Source: a virus. Taken from it: a stretch of DNA of 64,000 bases. The notes beneath the pieces were generated by a model. It was not told the origin of the DNA, ran no database searches, and worked only from the letters and a program-made list of their open reading frames with translations. Made by a program: the position numbers and the translations under genes. Shown here one piece after another: positions 8,998 through 20,700 of this stretch; position 1 is the first letter of the stretch, and each line of letters begins with the position of its first letter. The stretch lies in IMG/VR virus record IMGVR_UViG_3300044639_001144; one strand, 5' to 3'.

Positions 8998-10827
8998 ATG
9001 GCAACTAATGGTAATGCAACCTCTACTAGTGCTCCTCCCAAAGCTGATGCTGCTCCGGGAGGCACTACTAAGTTTGCCTACAATAGTTTATGCGATGCAA
9101 TGAATTCGCAAGAACAACAATATGTTAAAGATGGAAAATTTGAAATTGCCAATGTTTACGATATAGTATTTGCGCCAGCTTCTTTGGCTTCGGCAAAAGT
9201 TACAACTAAAGGCCCAACAGATAAAACTCAAACTCCAATGCAACAAGAGAATACTGCGGTGGCAGCAATTTCTTCTGATAAGAATAGTGTTAATACACAA
9301 GCTAAAAATTTATCAGCGTCACAAGGTACTCAAATTATACAATTTATTGAAAGAACTATTCGTAATAGTTCTTATATTACCGATCAACAATTAGCCAGCC
9401 CTGACCCATTAAACCCAATTGCGGCGTTGATACCAAATACTACTACAAAAGGTACTGGTCCTACCACTTGGTTTAAAATTTTAGTTACTGCAACACCAAT
9501 AGGAAATAGAGTAGATACAAAAAGAAATGATTATGCTTATAATATAAAATATTTTGTAACTACATATGCCATCAATGATATGCAAAGTGATTATTTTCCA
9601 GAAGCACGATTTAGAGGCGCACACAAAGTTTATAATTATTGGTTTACCGGGTTGAATACACAAGTATTGCATTTTGAGCAACATTTCAATACTGTATATC
9701 GTGTTGTGGCTGGTGCTGGAAGTATAGCAGAAGGAATAAAAGCATTACAATCTCCATCTAACGCACAAACTGATAAAGTCGGAGATGTTTATACACTTGG
9801 TCCTCCAATTAAAACTCCTAACCCTCCAAATCAAACAGTACAATCAGCAACAAACGATGCTAATACTCCGGCAGCAACTGCGGCCGATTTTTTGTATAGT
9901 GCAAATGATCAGAATCAAAGTACTATTAAAATTGTTGGCGATCCTGCGTGGCTTTTTCAAGGAGAACTTGTCGGAGTAACTGAAGAATCTTTAACTAATG
10001 CGACAGGATGGTGGCCTGATGGCACCATATGTTCAGAAAAACAAGATGCAGTTTTTGTTATAAATTTCAATACTCCTGCAGATTATAACAATGGAGAAAA
10101 TGGGCCATATAGCGGCACTGGATTGATGGATATCAACATAGGCGGTACAAAAGGTGATTCTAATAAATTATCAAAAACAGCTACTGAAGCAAGTGCAGCA
10201 TATAAAGCAACTGCTGTAGTTTCTACTTTTAGCAGAGGTAAATTTGAACAATCGTTGACTGGGACTCGAATTAAAAATCTGGCAAAAACAGATCTCAATC
10301 AATATAGACCTCCGGTTGTAACTAAAAAGGTAACTCCGACCTCATCTGCAACTCCTACTACACCTACAACTCCACGGAAACCATTAGCATTTGAAGAAGG
10401 TCCTAATGGTGCAGCATTTGGAAATCCATTAGCTTCTCGTCGTGGTCAAAAATATGGGGCAACACAAGTGACTCCTGCCGAAAAAAATTCTGCAACTTCA
10501 GTAATAAATCCTTCAGTGGCGCCAGCTAAAGCTGCTGGTGCTCCTACGTCAGATGGTGTTCCAGTAGGGTCGGCAAAACCAGCAGCAACATCTCCAGCAC
10601 CTATCAGCAAAGCTGCCGGACAACGAATATCTCAGGCACAAAATGCTTATCAAAATGCAACGGAAGATCTTAGACAAGCACGTAAATATTATCCTAATCA
10701 AGTAGCTGAGGCACAGCAAGCAGTAAATACTGCTAGAAACGCATGGAAATCAGCAGTCGATGCAAGTCAAACGCCTGACATACAAACGGGTACAAGCACA
10801 CAAACAACAGCGCCAAAGGATCAATAA
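8998..10827 (+). CDS. Baseplate hub / tail protein, C-terminal part
   Basis: KVYNYWFTGLNTQVL, IKIVGDPAWL and STFSRGKFEQSL motifs; GGGAG SD; precedes the gp5-like gene. Confidence 0.5.
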   Translation: MATNGNATSTSAPPKADAAPGGTTKFAYNSLCDAMNSQEQQYVKDGKFEIANVYDIVFAPASLASAKVTTKGPTDKTQTPMQQENTAVAAISSDKNSVNTQAKNLSASQGTQIIQFIERTIRNSSYITDQQLASPDPLNPIAALIPNTTTKGTGPTTWFKILVTATPIGNRVDTKRNDYAYNIKYFVTTYAINDMQSDYFPEARFRGAHKVYNYWFTGLNTQVLHFEQHFNTVYRVVAGAGSIAEGIKALQSPSNAQTDKVGDVYTLGPPIKTPNPPNQTVQSATNDANTPAATAADFLYSANDQNQSTIKIVGDPAWLFQGELVGVTEESLTNATGWWPDGTICSEKQDAVFVINFNTPADYNNGENGPYSGTGLMDINIGGTKGDSNKLSKTATEASAAYKATAVVSTFSRGKFEQSLTGTRIKNLAKTDLNQYRPPVVTKKVTPTSSATPTTPTTPRKPLAFEEGPNGAAFGNPLASRRGQKYGATQVTPAEKNSATSVINPSVAPAKAAGAPTSDGVPVGSAKPAATSPAPISKAAGQRISQAQNAYQNATEDLRQARKYYPNQVAEAQQAVNTARNAWKSAVDASQTPDIQTGTSTQTTAPKDQ

Positions 10828-12341
10828 TGGCAAATAATATAGCAAGAATTACTGGCAGGTCGCAGTCATTTAAATTTGATAAAGGTAATACTCCTGCAGA
10901 TGTAGGCACATTCATTGGTGAGGTAATGAATAATGTTGATCCAACACGCGGCGGGCGCCTTCAAGTTTACATTACACAATTTGCCGGTAACGATAAAGAA
11001 AATGACAAATTATGGCGTACAGTACGTCCATTACAAACTCAAGGAGGATCTACGCCGCAAACAAGTTCGTCAACAGGGCCTGGATCATATGGATCAAATA
11101 GTAATCAACAAAGTTATGGAGCAGCCGCAGGTTCTCCAGATCTCGGAACAAAATTATTATGTACTTTTGTTGCAGGAGATCCTGACGGAGGATATTATCT
11201 GGGAATAGTTCCTGCACAAGGTGCTAATCATATGGTACCAGCACTAGGTGCAGCAAAGAATGCTGTTAAACAAAATGCAGATCAAGAGACATATTTAGAA
11301 AAAAGTCCTCAATTACCAACCACTGAAATTAATACCTCTTCGAGCAATACTGCCATTACAGAGGATCCGCAATTTTTTAATAAAGAAAAACCGGTACACA
11401 GTTATGTAGCAGCTACTATGTTTCAGCAGGGTACTGTTAGTGATCCTATACGTGGCCCAATAGATTCGTCTAGTCAGCGTGAAAGTCCAAGTAATGTTAC
11501 TGGAACTAGCACACCTGGTAGACCAATTTATCAAGGTGGATTAAAAGATCCAACTATTACGCAAAAAGTAGCTTCTGGTGAAGTAACTGAAGAAGATGCT
11601 ACTATTGTTGGAAGAACTGGCGGGCATAGTGTAGTAATGGATGACGGTGCAACTGATGGCAAAACGGCAATTGTTCGTATTCGTACAGCCAAAGGTCATC
11701 AAGTTACAATGAGTGATGATGGTAACAATCTTTATATTGCTCATGCTAACGGTCAAGTATGGTTAGAGTTTGGTCAAGAAGGAACATTAGATGTGTACAC
11801 TACAAATTCTATTAATTTACGCACAGAAGGCACTATAAATTTACATGCTGATAAAGATTTCAATGTGTGGGCCGGTGGAAATATCAATATGATGAGTAAT
11901 GTATCCACAACAATGCAAAGTGAGGGCAAATTTACTTGTGCCACCACCGAAGAATTGTTATTGTTTAGTCAATCTACGATAGGAGTTAAAAGTAACGGAC
12001 AATTAACTCTTGATAGTAAATTAGGAGCATGGGCATCGGGTGGTAGTTTAGCATTGCAAGCAGGATTGATAGATTTGAATTCAGGTTCGGCAGCAAGTGT
12101 ATCTGTGCCCACAGGGTTAATAAAATATACAATGCCAGCAAGTAGTTTTAATACCTCATCGGGATTTAAAGTTGAATCAGCAGGTACTGAAAGTATTGTT
12201 ACTAGAGCACCGGCTCATGAACCATGGCCTTATCATAATCAAGGTGTTCAAGTTAGCGTTGATTTAGGTGATGGAACTAACTCAAGTCCGCCTAGTGCTC
12301 CGACTATTCCATCAGGTACTTCTATAACTAAGACAAATTAA
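10827..12341 (+). CDS. Baseplate central spike (gp5/VgrG-like OB-fold plus beta-helix), no evident lysozyme domain
   Basis: GEVMNNVDPTRGGRLQVYI OB-fold, GHSVVMDDG...IRTAKGHQ, a repetitive beta-helical region and C-terminal PAHEPW. Confidence 0.75.
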   Translation: MANNIARITGRSQSFKFDKGNTPADVGTFIGEVMNNVDPTRGGRLQVYITQFAGNDKENDKLWRTVRPLQTQGGSTPQTSSSTGPGSYGSNSNQQSYGAAAGSPDLGTKLLCTFVAGDPDGGYYLGIVPAQGANHMVPALGAAKNAVKQNADQETYLEKSPQLPTTEINTSSSNTAITEDPQFFNKEKPVHSYVAATMFQQGTVSDPIRGPIDSSSQRESPSNVTGTSTPGRPIYQGGLKDPTITQKVASGEVTEEDATIVGRTGGHSVVMDDGATDGKTAIVRIRTAKGHQVTMSDDGNNLYIAHANGQVWLEFGQEGTLDVYTTNSINLRTEGTINLHADKDFNVWAGGNINMMSNVSTTMQSEGKFTCATTEELLLFSQSTIGVKSNGQLTLDSKLGAWASGGSLALQAGLIDLNSGSAASVSVPTGLIKYTMPASSFNTSSGFKVESAGTESIVTRAPAHEPWPYHNQGVQVSVDLGDGTNSSPPSAPTIPSGTSITKTN

Positions 12342-12342
12342 T

Positions 12343-13881
12343 ATGGCAATTTATAATTATACATTACCTTCTGGGGCAAAATATCAATTAAATGCACCTA
12401 ATGGCACGACACAAGTAGAAGCAGATAATATTTTTTATTCACAAGTGGCCGCAGGAACATTTGTTGGATATACTAAGGGCGACACATTATTAAATCCGGT
12501 AGAAGTATTAACTAATTTTGGGTTATCACGTTTACAAAGGGGTACAGCAGGAGTTGATGATAAAACGTTAATGGCTGTTGTTGCGAATTTGCCTATAGTT
12601 GTTGAATTGCCCATATTAACATCTGTTCCTGTAAGTAATCCAATTAGTCAAGCTAGTTATATCAAAGTAACTAGTACTCCAGTAGGTAGAACTACTATAA
12701 CTTTGCAAGCTGGACAGTTAACTTCGCAGGAAACTCAATCGCTAATGGCACAGCTATCAGCAATAGCAAACAATGATGTTAACACATTTACGCAAGCTGA
12801 TGGAATTGGAATTTATGGATTTAATTGTAATCAACTGGAACAAGCAGGATTAATTAAACCAGGTATGAGTGAATTGTATTGCCCACTTGATGAAACTACG
12901 GGTGATAATCCTGCTAATTTTGTTGATTTTATGAGTTCACCGACCCCTTGGACAGGATTATTTGGTGTTACTAGTGTGTTTGATATATTAGGCGATGCTG
13001 CAATACAAAATCAAATAGAAGAAATATTATTAGATCGTAGCTACAATCAACTTGTAGCTAGTGGTGTGATTATTCCGCCGAAGCAAAGGGTAACAACTCC
13101 AAGTGTAAGCACTGGAAGAGTGTATACAGCCGGTGGTACACTAGCATCAGCATCATCATTGACATTACTTACATCAACTCCATCATTAACTAATGGAGCT
13201 CTTGATGCTAGTTTAACTCCCGTTGGCATTGTGCCACAGGAAATAAAAAATCTCGGAGAAGAGTCCAGTGCAATTTATAGTTATGGATTATCATCATTGG
13301 CTACTGGGGCAGTCGGATTTAATACTGGGCCAGGTCAATTGTCAGGATTATCCACAGGATTAGCAGCCGGCACCGCAGCAGGAGTATCTGCATTAATAGG
13401 ATCAAGGATTAGCGGAGATGTAGGTGCATTAATGGCAATAGGAAGTAAGTATGGTGTTGCACTTGCTAGTAGCTGGGCATCAGGGTCAGCATCTGGAGTT
13501 ATATCATCTGCAGCCGGCATTGGAGCATTAGTAGGAAGTTTGGTTCCAATACCTCCGGGATTAGCAAAAATCAGTGCTAAAATTAATACAGCAGTTAATA
13601 CTATTGCAAAAGCAGCACAATTTGCTTCTAGTTTTAGTAATTTTTCACTAAGCGGGTTAATATCAGGTATACAACCAGCAGCTGGGTTTAATAATACAGT
13701 AAATCGCTCTACGCTTGATGCAGCAGTATCTCGAGTGATAGGATCTCCTCTTATTAATCCTCCTATGTATGAAATACCATCTATTAAAAGTTTGGGTATT
13801 TTGGCAGATATTGGATCTGCTAAAAAAATATTAAATCTAGTACAATCAAACATAGGCAGTAGAATAGTTAACATTAGATAG
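12343..13881 (+). CDS. Virion/baseplate-associated protein with a Gly/Ala/Ser-rich C-terminus
   Basis: 512-aa ORF between the gp5-like and gp25-like genes; GIGIYGF...QLEQAGLIKPG segment. Confidence 0.45.
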   Translation: MAIYNYTLPSGAKYQLNAPNGTTQVEADNIFYSQVAAGTFVGYTKGDTLLNPVEVLTNFGLSRLQRGTAGVDDKTLMAVVANLPIVVELPILTSVPVSNPISQASYIKVTSTPVGRTTITLQAGQLTSQETQSLMAQLSAIANNDVNTFTQADGIGIYGFNCNQLEQAGLIKPGMSELYCPLDETTGDNPANFVDFMSSPTPWTGLFGVTSVFDILGDAAIQNQIEEILLDRSYNQLVASGVIIPPKQRVTTPSVSTGRVYTAGGTLASASSLTLLTSTPSLTNGALDASLTPVGIVPQEIKNLGEESSAIYSYGLSSLATGAVGFNTGPGQLSGLSTGLAAGTAAGVSALIGSRISGDVGALMAIGSKYGVALASSWASGSASGVISSAAGIGALVGSLVPIPPGLAKISAKINTAVNTIAKAAQFASSFSNFSLSGLISGIQPAAGFNNTVNRSTLDAAVSRVIGSPLINPPMYEIPSIKSLGILADIGSAKKILNLVQSNIGSRIVNIR

Positions 13882-13883
13882 GG

Positions 13884-13889
13884 TAAATA
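13884..13889 (+). promoter_or_regulatory. Late promoter core TAAATA
   Basis: 6 nt before the ATG at 13896, with no SD. Confidence 0.55.
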
Positions 13890-13895
13890 CATATT

Positions 13896-14270
13896 ATGGC
13901 AACCTTTATTGGATTTTCTACAGTTAGACAAAACAAAAATTTTGTATTAGTTGACTACGAGTTAATCAAACAGGATTTACTTAACGCTTTTAATATTAGA
14001 CAAGGCGAAGTAGTGGGTCGACCAGGATATGGCACATTGTTATGGACTTATTTGTTTGAAAACCAAACTCCTGAGTTGCAAACTGCCATTTATAATGAAG
14101 TACAGCGTGTAATTGCCGGAGATCCTAGATTATATCTTAATAATGTTACTATGTATCCACAAAACAACGGTATATTATTACAGCTTAATTTACAAACGGT
14201 GGCAACAACATCGGCTCAAATATTATCTATTTTCTTTAATGAAAGCCAACGGTCTGCTAGTTACGTTTAA
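13896..14270 (+). CDS. Baseplate wedge subunit (T4 gp25-like)
   Basis: LIKQDLLNAFNIRQGE...PGYGT..W..LFE...DPR motif; size 124 aa. Confidence 0.85.
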   Translation: MATFIGFSTVRQNKNFVLVDYELIKQDLLNAFNIRQGEVVGRPGYGTLLWTYLFENQTPELQTAIYNEVQRVIAGDPRLYLNNVTMYPQNNGILLQLNLQTVATTSAQILSIFFNESQRSASYV

Positions 14271-14322
14271 CTTAAACACCCCAGATTATTAATACCATAA
14301 ATACTGTAACATTGGAACGACC

Positions 14323-17300
14323 ATGGCTACATCTACAAGACAAACAGTATTATTTGGAGTTGAAGATTGGAAAAGAATCTATCAAACCTATAGTGAAGGC
14401 AATTTTCAAAGCTATGATTTTGAAACCTTACGTAAGAGTTTCATAGATTACCTACGTCAGTACTATCCAGAAACATTCAATGATTATATTGAATCATCAG
14501 AATTTATTGCATTGCTTGATGTTATGGCATTTATGGGTCAAGCATTGGCATTTCGTACAGATTTAAATACACGCGAAAACTATATTGACACAGCAGAACG
14601 TCGTGACAGCGTTATTAAACTTGCTAATTTAGTTTCTTATAATCCACAACGTAATACAGAAGCTAATGGATATCTTAAAGTATTTTCAGTACAAACTACT
14701 GAAAATATAACAGATTATAACGGAATAAACTTAGCTAACCTTACAATTAACTGGGCTGATCCTAGTAATTTTGATTGGCAAGAACAATTTACAGCTATTA
14801 TTAATGCTTCTTTAGTTGATACACAAAATATAGGTTCTCCCGGCAATGATCAAGTTATATTAGGTATAGACACAAAAGAATATACTATCAATTTAGTTCC
14901 TGGATATTTGCCAGTAGTGCCGTATACAGCAACTATTAATGGTGTTAGCATGCCATTCGAAGCAGTTAATGCCACTTCTCTTGGCGAAACTTATATATAT
15001 GAACCGCCTCCATTGCCAAATGGTCAGTTTAACATTTTATATCGAAACGATCAACTAGGGTTTCAGTCAGCTAATACCGGATTTTTCTTTTATTTTAAAC
15101 AAGGATCTTTACAAAATCAAGATTTTAACTTAGTAGAGCAAATTGCCAATCGTACGGTTGATATTAATATCGAAGGTATTAATAATACAGATGTTTGGTT
15201 ATATCAACTTGACAATGTAGGAAATGTTAGTGAAATTTGGTCAAAAGTTCCTTCAATTTACGCAGCAGCAGTAGAGCAAATGTCTCCTAATCTGCGTAAC
15301 GCATATTCAGTAACAAGTCGTACCAATGATCAAATTACATTAGCTTTTGGTGATAATGTTTTTGCTGCTATTCCGGTTGGGCAATTCCGTAACTATGTTC
15401 GTGCATCTAATGGATTACAATATGTTATTAATCCAGAAAATATGCAGTCAATACAGATTCCTATATCTTATGTTAGTCGAACTGGACAACTTGAAACTTT
15501 AACTTTTAATTGTGGTATTACTACTCCGGTAACTAACGCCGCGGCTCGCGAAACTATCGATCAAATTAAACAACGTGCTCCTGCTCGTTATTATACACAA
15601 AATCGTATGGTTAACGGTGAAGATTACACTAATTTTCCATTCACAACTTATAATTCTATCATTAAAAGTTCTGCACTTAATCGTAGTTCAATAGGAACTA
15701 GTCGATACTTAGATTTAGTTGATCCCACAGGTAAGTATTCATCTACGAATGTATTTGGTGCCGATGGTGCATTATGGTATATTAATAATACTCCTGCGTT
15801 TACGTTTACATTCCAAACTAATAATGATATTAATAATGTTATCTTGAATGATATTACACCTATATTATCGAAAGTAACGTTTAAACAATTTTATTACGCA
15901 TATTTCCCACGCCCAAGTTTAACGTATTTAAACTACACATGGAGTAAAAGCACAACTATAGTAAATGAAACTACTGGTTATTTTCAAAATAGTAGCGGTG
16001 TTCCTATGCCAGTTGGGCCAACAGTTAGTAATGATGCTTTTTTTATTAATGAAACGGCCCTAGTTAAATTTGTTCCACCTAGTGGATATCACTTTGATAC
16101 TAATAATGAATTAAAACCTGGTGTACCCACTGAAGCAGATGACCATTTAGTAATTTGGGCTAGTATAACTGCACTTTATGGAGATGGTACTAATAGTGGG
16201 GCAGGTAATTTAACAGATGGCACAGGGCCAGTAGTACTGAATACATATGTTCCAACAGGAGCTATTCCAACAGAAGTTATTCCTATTCTAACTACTATTT
16301 TTGATTCAACATTACAAAGTTCTATACTTAATCAAATTTATTTGAAACAAAATTTTGGACTTGGATATGATAGTACTGGTGCAATTACTGGAACTGCTTA
16401 CTCGTGGTACATTATAACTTCATCTAATCTTGATACAGGTGCGACTTGGAGTCAAACAAACGCTGGTAATACAGCAGGTGCAAATCTTGATGCCAGTTGG
16501 CTGGTACAAGCAACTTTTGATGGTTCGCAATACACAGTGATATCACGCAGTCTTAATTATTATTTTGGCAGTGTGTTAGAAGTGCGGTTTTTCTTTGACT
16601 CTGCTCAAGCGATTTATGATAGTCGTACTGGCACAGTTATATCAGATTTTGCTAAAGTTTTACGATCGAATAGTCAGCCAACAAACAATGCTCCGTTATT
16701 AACGGACATACCACTTAAAATTATTGGACAACCAGTGTTAAGTGATGGATTAGTTGATGATTATCAAGTATTAGTTGGTTACCAAGATTTTAACAATGAT
16801 GGTATTCCTGATGATCCAGATTTTTTCCAACAAATTGTCGGAGTATCTCCAGCAAGTACTACTATTCCGCAGCCATATGTTTATTTCCAACTGACTGTTG
16901 ATTTTGACAATTTAGAACGTTATTTGTTACAACCAAACGGAATTGTAGACGATGATTATGCTACATTATCACAAATTCAACTGGTGAAAGAACAATACCC
17001 AACGGGACAGATATTTTATGCTTACCAAGAAAATAATTTTTATACGTTAACATTAACATTAACAGGCACTAGAACATTATCATTGACACAAGGATGGTTA
17101 GCACAAGTTGGTCGTCAAGATTTATATTTTCAATATCGTCATAATTCATCATTGACTAATCTTATTGATCCAGGCAGTACAAATATCATTGATTTGTATG
17201 TAGTAACATTGGCTTATTATACAGCGTATTCACAATGGATACGCGATACAACAGGTACAGTTTCACAACCATTGCCTCCAACTATTAATGAATTGACAAC

Positions 17301-17754
17301 AGCTTATGCTGGATTGCAAGATTATAAAATGATAAGCGATAATATGATTCTCAATAGCGTGGAATTTTTGCCGTTATTTGGTAGCAAAGCTCCAGAGGCA
17401 TTGCGAGCTATTATTAGAGTTGTTCCGGCTGCAAATACCAATGCTAGCAATAATCAAATTCAAAATTTAGTATTATCGACTATGAATGCATATTTTGACA
17501 TTGCTAATTGGAATTTTGGACAAACGTTTTATTTCTCTGAATTAGCGTCTTATATACATAATCAAATTGGAACTTACGTAGCATCTGTAGTATTAGTTCC
17601 GCTTAATCCGCAAAAATCATTCGGTGATTTATACGAAGTACAATGTGCTCCGTATCAAATTTTCGTCAATGGTGCTACTATTAACAATATTGAAATTATT
17701 CAAACGTTAACTAGCACCAACTTACAAACTGCCCCTGGTAGTGGAGCAATTTAA
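14323..17754 (+). CDS. Baseplate wedge subunit (T4 gp6-like)
   Basis: YDFETLR...FNDYIESSEFIALLD...RENYIDTAERRDSVIKLA and QNRMVNGEDY motifs; late box TAAATA at 14298-14303. Confidence 0.85.
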   Translation: MATSTRQTVLFGVEDWKRIYQTYSEGNFQSYDFETLRKSFIDYLRQYYPETFNDYIESSEFIALLDVMAFMGQALAFRTDLNTRENYIDTAERRDSVIKLANLVSYNPQRNTEANGYLKVFSVQTTENITDYNGINLANLTINWADPSNFDWQEQFTAIINASLVDTQNIGSPGNDQVILGIDTKEYTINLVPGYLPVVPYTATINGVSMPFEAVNATSLGETYIYEPPPLPNGQFNILYRNDQLGFQSANTGFFFYFKQGSLQNQDFNLVEQIANRTVDINIEGINNTDVWLYQLDNVGNVSEIWSKVPSIYAAAVEQMSPNLRNAYSVTSRTNDQITLAFGDNVFAAIPVGQFRNYVRASNGLQYVINPENMQSIQIPISYVSRTGQLETLTFNCGITTPVTNAAARETIDQIKQRAPARYYTQNRMVNGEDYTNFPFTTYNSIIKSSALNRSSIGTSRYLDLVDPTGKYSSTNVFGADGALWYINNTPAFTFTFQTNNDINNVILNDITPILSKVTFKQFYYAYFPRPSLTYLNYTWSKSTTIVNETTGYFQNSSGVPMPVGPTVSNDAFFINETALVKFVPPSGYHFDTNNELKPGVPTEADDHLVIWASITALYGDGTNSGAGNLTDGTGPVVLNTYVPTGAIPTEVIPILTTIFDSTLQSSILNQIYLKQNFGLGYDSTGAITGTAYSWYIITSSNLDTGATWSQTNAGNTAGANLDASWLVQATFDGSQYTVISRSLNYYFGSVLEVRFFFDSAQAIYDSRTGTVISDFAKVLRSNSQPTNNAPLLTDIPLKIIGQPVLSDGLVDDYQVLVGYQDFNNDGIPDDPDFFQQIVGVSPASTTIPQPYVYFQLTVDFDNLERYLLQPNGIVDDDYATLSQIQLVKEQYPTGQIFYAYQENNFYTLTLTLTGTRTLSLTQGWLAQVGRQDLYFQYRHNSSLTNLIDPGSTNIIDLYVVTLAYYTAYSQWIRDTTGTVSQPLPPTINELTTAYAGLQDYKMISDNMILNSVEFLPLFGSKAPEALRAIIRVVPAANTNASNNQIQNLVLSTMNAYFDIANWNFGQTFYFSELASYIHNQIGTYVASVVLVPLNPQKSFGDLYEVQCAPYQIFVNGATINNIEIIQTLTSTNLQTAPGSGAI

Positions 17755-20700
17755 TGGCCGCAAAAATTCGTTCTGTTGATTTTTTACCTGAGATATTTCA
17801 AACTCCGGTAAACACTCAGTTTTTAACAGCTACACTTGATCAATTAATTCAAGAACCTAAATATAAACAAACACAAGGGTTTATTGGTCAAAAAGTTGGA
17901 CCCGGAGTCATACCGACTGATGGATATGTAGTCGAACCAACAGCAAATCGTAACAATTATCAATTAGAACCAGGTGTAGTGAGTTTAGACCCAACAACAT
18001 CAAAAATTAAAGATGCCATTACATATCCGGGTATTATTAATGCATTAGCCATACAAGGCGGTATTACTAATCAAGCAGATAGATTGTTTGAAAGTGAATA
18101 CTATAGTTGGGATCCATTTGTAGATTTTGACAAATATAATAATTATGCTCAATATTATTGGATGCCTGACGGACCAGATTTAGTTACTGTTGCTCCTACA
18201 TCAATCCCAACCGAACAAACATTTAATGTTACACGCGGTAACGGGGCTTATTCATTTACTGATTATGCTGGCACTAATCCAACATTGACTTTAGTACGCA
18301 ATGGTAGATACAAATTTGTTGTGGCACAAAATACGCCAGCGACTATAGAATATCGTGTTACTAACAACGGAACTAGTAGTTGGACTATCGATGCTACAGC
18401 TAATCCTACCTTAACTCTTATTCGTGGCAACACATATGTTTTTAATTTAGTGCAAACTGTTGATCTTGCGTTTTATATCAAAACGCAGCCAAGTTTTGGC
18501 ACTACAAACTTATGGACCGACGGAGTTACGAATAATGGTGCTAGCCAAGGTTTAATTACATTTACAGTACCACAAAATGCTCCTAATACATTATACTATA
18601 GTAATGATCTAGAATTCAATCTACGTGGACAATTTAATGTTGTCAGTGCAGAGCCTGGCACAGGGCCGGACTTTTGGATTCAGTCTGCCCCTGGCATTGA
18701 TGGTAAGTTGCCTTGGTCAAAAAATATCAGTAGCCGTGATGTATTAGGTGTGTCAAACAATGGCACAGATTTAGGAACAGTTACATTCAATGTCCCTGAT
18801 ATTAGCGCACAGAATTTTTATTATTCTATGCCTTACATTGGTTATCCTACTGCCACAACAGGGGCGGTAGATTTAATTTCTAATGTATTGTATGACGAAA
18901 TCAATGGTATCACTGTAGATGAATTTTTAGCTGCTTACCCAGACGGTATTGATGGTATTACTAATCTTAATGGTAGAACTATTGTATTTCCTACTCAATC
19001 GTCTGATCCTGCGCCTGGCGGGTGGTATAACGTACAACCATTTGATCCACTACTGACTGGACAAGATTATCAAGTAGGATCTTATGATACTACTCAATTT
19101 TCGGAAACTATTCCAATTACTGATCCCGCTATACAAGCAAGTTTATGGCAAATTCAGTATGTAAACAAAAACGGTGTTGATTTTATTCAGCTTAATAGCA
19201 TTTTACCTATAGCCAATTTAACACAATTTATTGTTTCATTCGGTGCACAATACGTTAATACACAGTGGTACAAGAATTCATCTGGATTCTTTACACAAAT
19301 GCCATTACTTACTGCGGCATTACCACAGTTATATTACCAAGATAGTCAAGATCCAAGTATTTTTGGTGTGATTAATCTTATCGAAGGTAACATTAATCCA
19401 GATATTCCGGCATTAGCTATTACTGGGCTTGCTTCAACAGGATCGCAAGTAACTTTATCTTTTGCACAACAAACATCTGCACCATATTCTATTGGTAGTA
19501 CAATTATTGTATCTGAGATTATTCCAACTGGATATAATGGCAATTACACAGTATTGGATTGTACCAGTACTTCAGTAACTTATGCAAGCACCTACACTGG
19601 CACATATAGTAGCGGAGGGGTGATAAATTCTGTTAGTATCAATTCTTATATCAATGTTGAAACTGATATCTTAGGGCAACAAAATTATACTAGTCCAAAC
19701 GGTATAACATTTACTAATGGGCTTAAGATTGTATTGAAAGGAAATGTATTCCCTACATCATACATTAACAACACCTATTATGTACAAGGAGTTGGAACTA
19801 GTATTACTTTAGTACCTGAATCTTTATTAGTAGTTGTAGAATCTTATGCAACTGATGTTAATGGTCAGCCAACTGTGCCTGATTATATTACTATTAATAT
19901 GGCAAGTCTTGATCTTAATCCATGGACTCGTGGAAATCGTTGGTTTCACGTCGATGTTATCGATGCCGCAGCCGCTTATAATAATGTAACTCCCTCTTAT
20001 ACTGGGTTGCAACGAGCTAATCGTCCTATCTTAGAATTTCGTGCAGGTACAAAATTATTTAATTTTGGCACAGAAGGTGTGCCAGCAGTTAACATTATTG
20101 ATTTTACGCAAACTAATGCATTATTAAATGTAAATGGGCAAATAGGGTATGGATCTAACGGATATGAATTTGAGCAAGGTAGTTTAGTTATATTTGCTGC
20201 TGATTCTAATCCAGATGTGCGTAATCAAATTTTCACTGTGAACTTTATTGTTCCTGATCCTGAAACTACAACAGTTCCTATCATTGATTTGGTGCCTACA
20301 AGTTATAGTCCAGTATTGCCTGATCAAACTACAGTATGTTTAAACGGGCTTACATTGCCGGTTACATTGGCATCAGGTACAGGCACTATAGTGACATTAA
20401 ATTTCACTCCAAGATCAAGTGTACCTTATGTTGTAGGCCAATCTATTTCTGTAGCAGGAATAACACCTGCATCCTATAACGGCAATTATATTGTAACGGC
20501 ATGTACAACATCGTCAGTAAGTTTTACAAGTAATACTACAACCACTTATGTTTCAGGTGGTACAATTGGTGTGCAGGGTCAAAGTTTTTATTATAATGGT
20601 ACAACTTGGGTAGAGTCACAACAAAAAACGTCAGTTAATCAAGCTCCGCTATTTGATGTATTTGATAGTAGTGGATATAGCTTCAGTGATTCAACAATAT

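Noticed and set aside
13335-13931. 198-aa minus-strand ORF
   Set aside because: Antisense shadow of the Gly/Ala/Ser-rich ORF 12343-13881.
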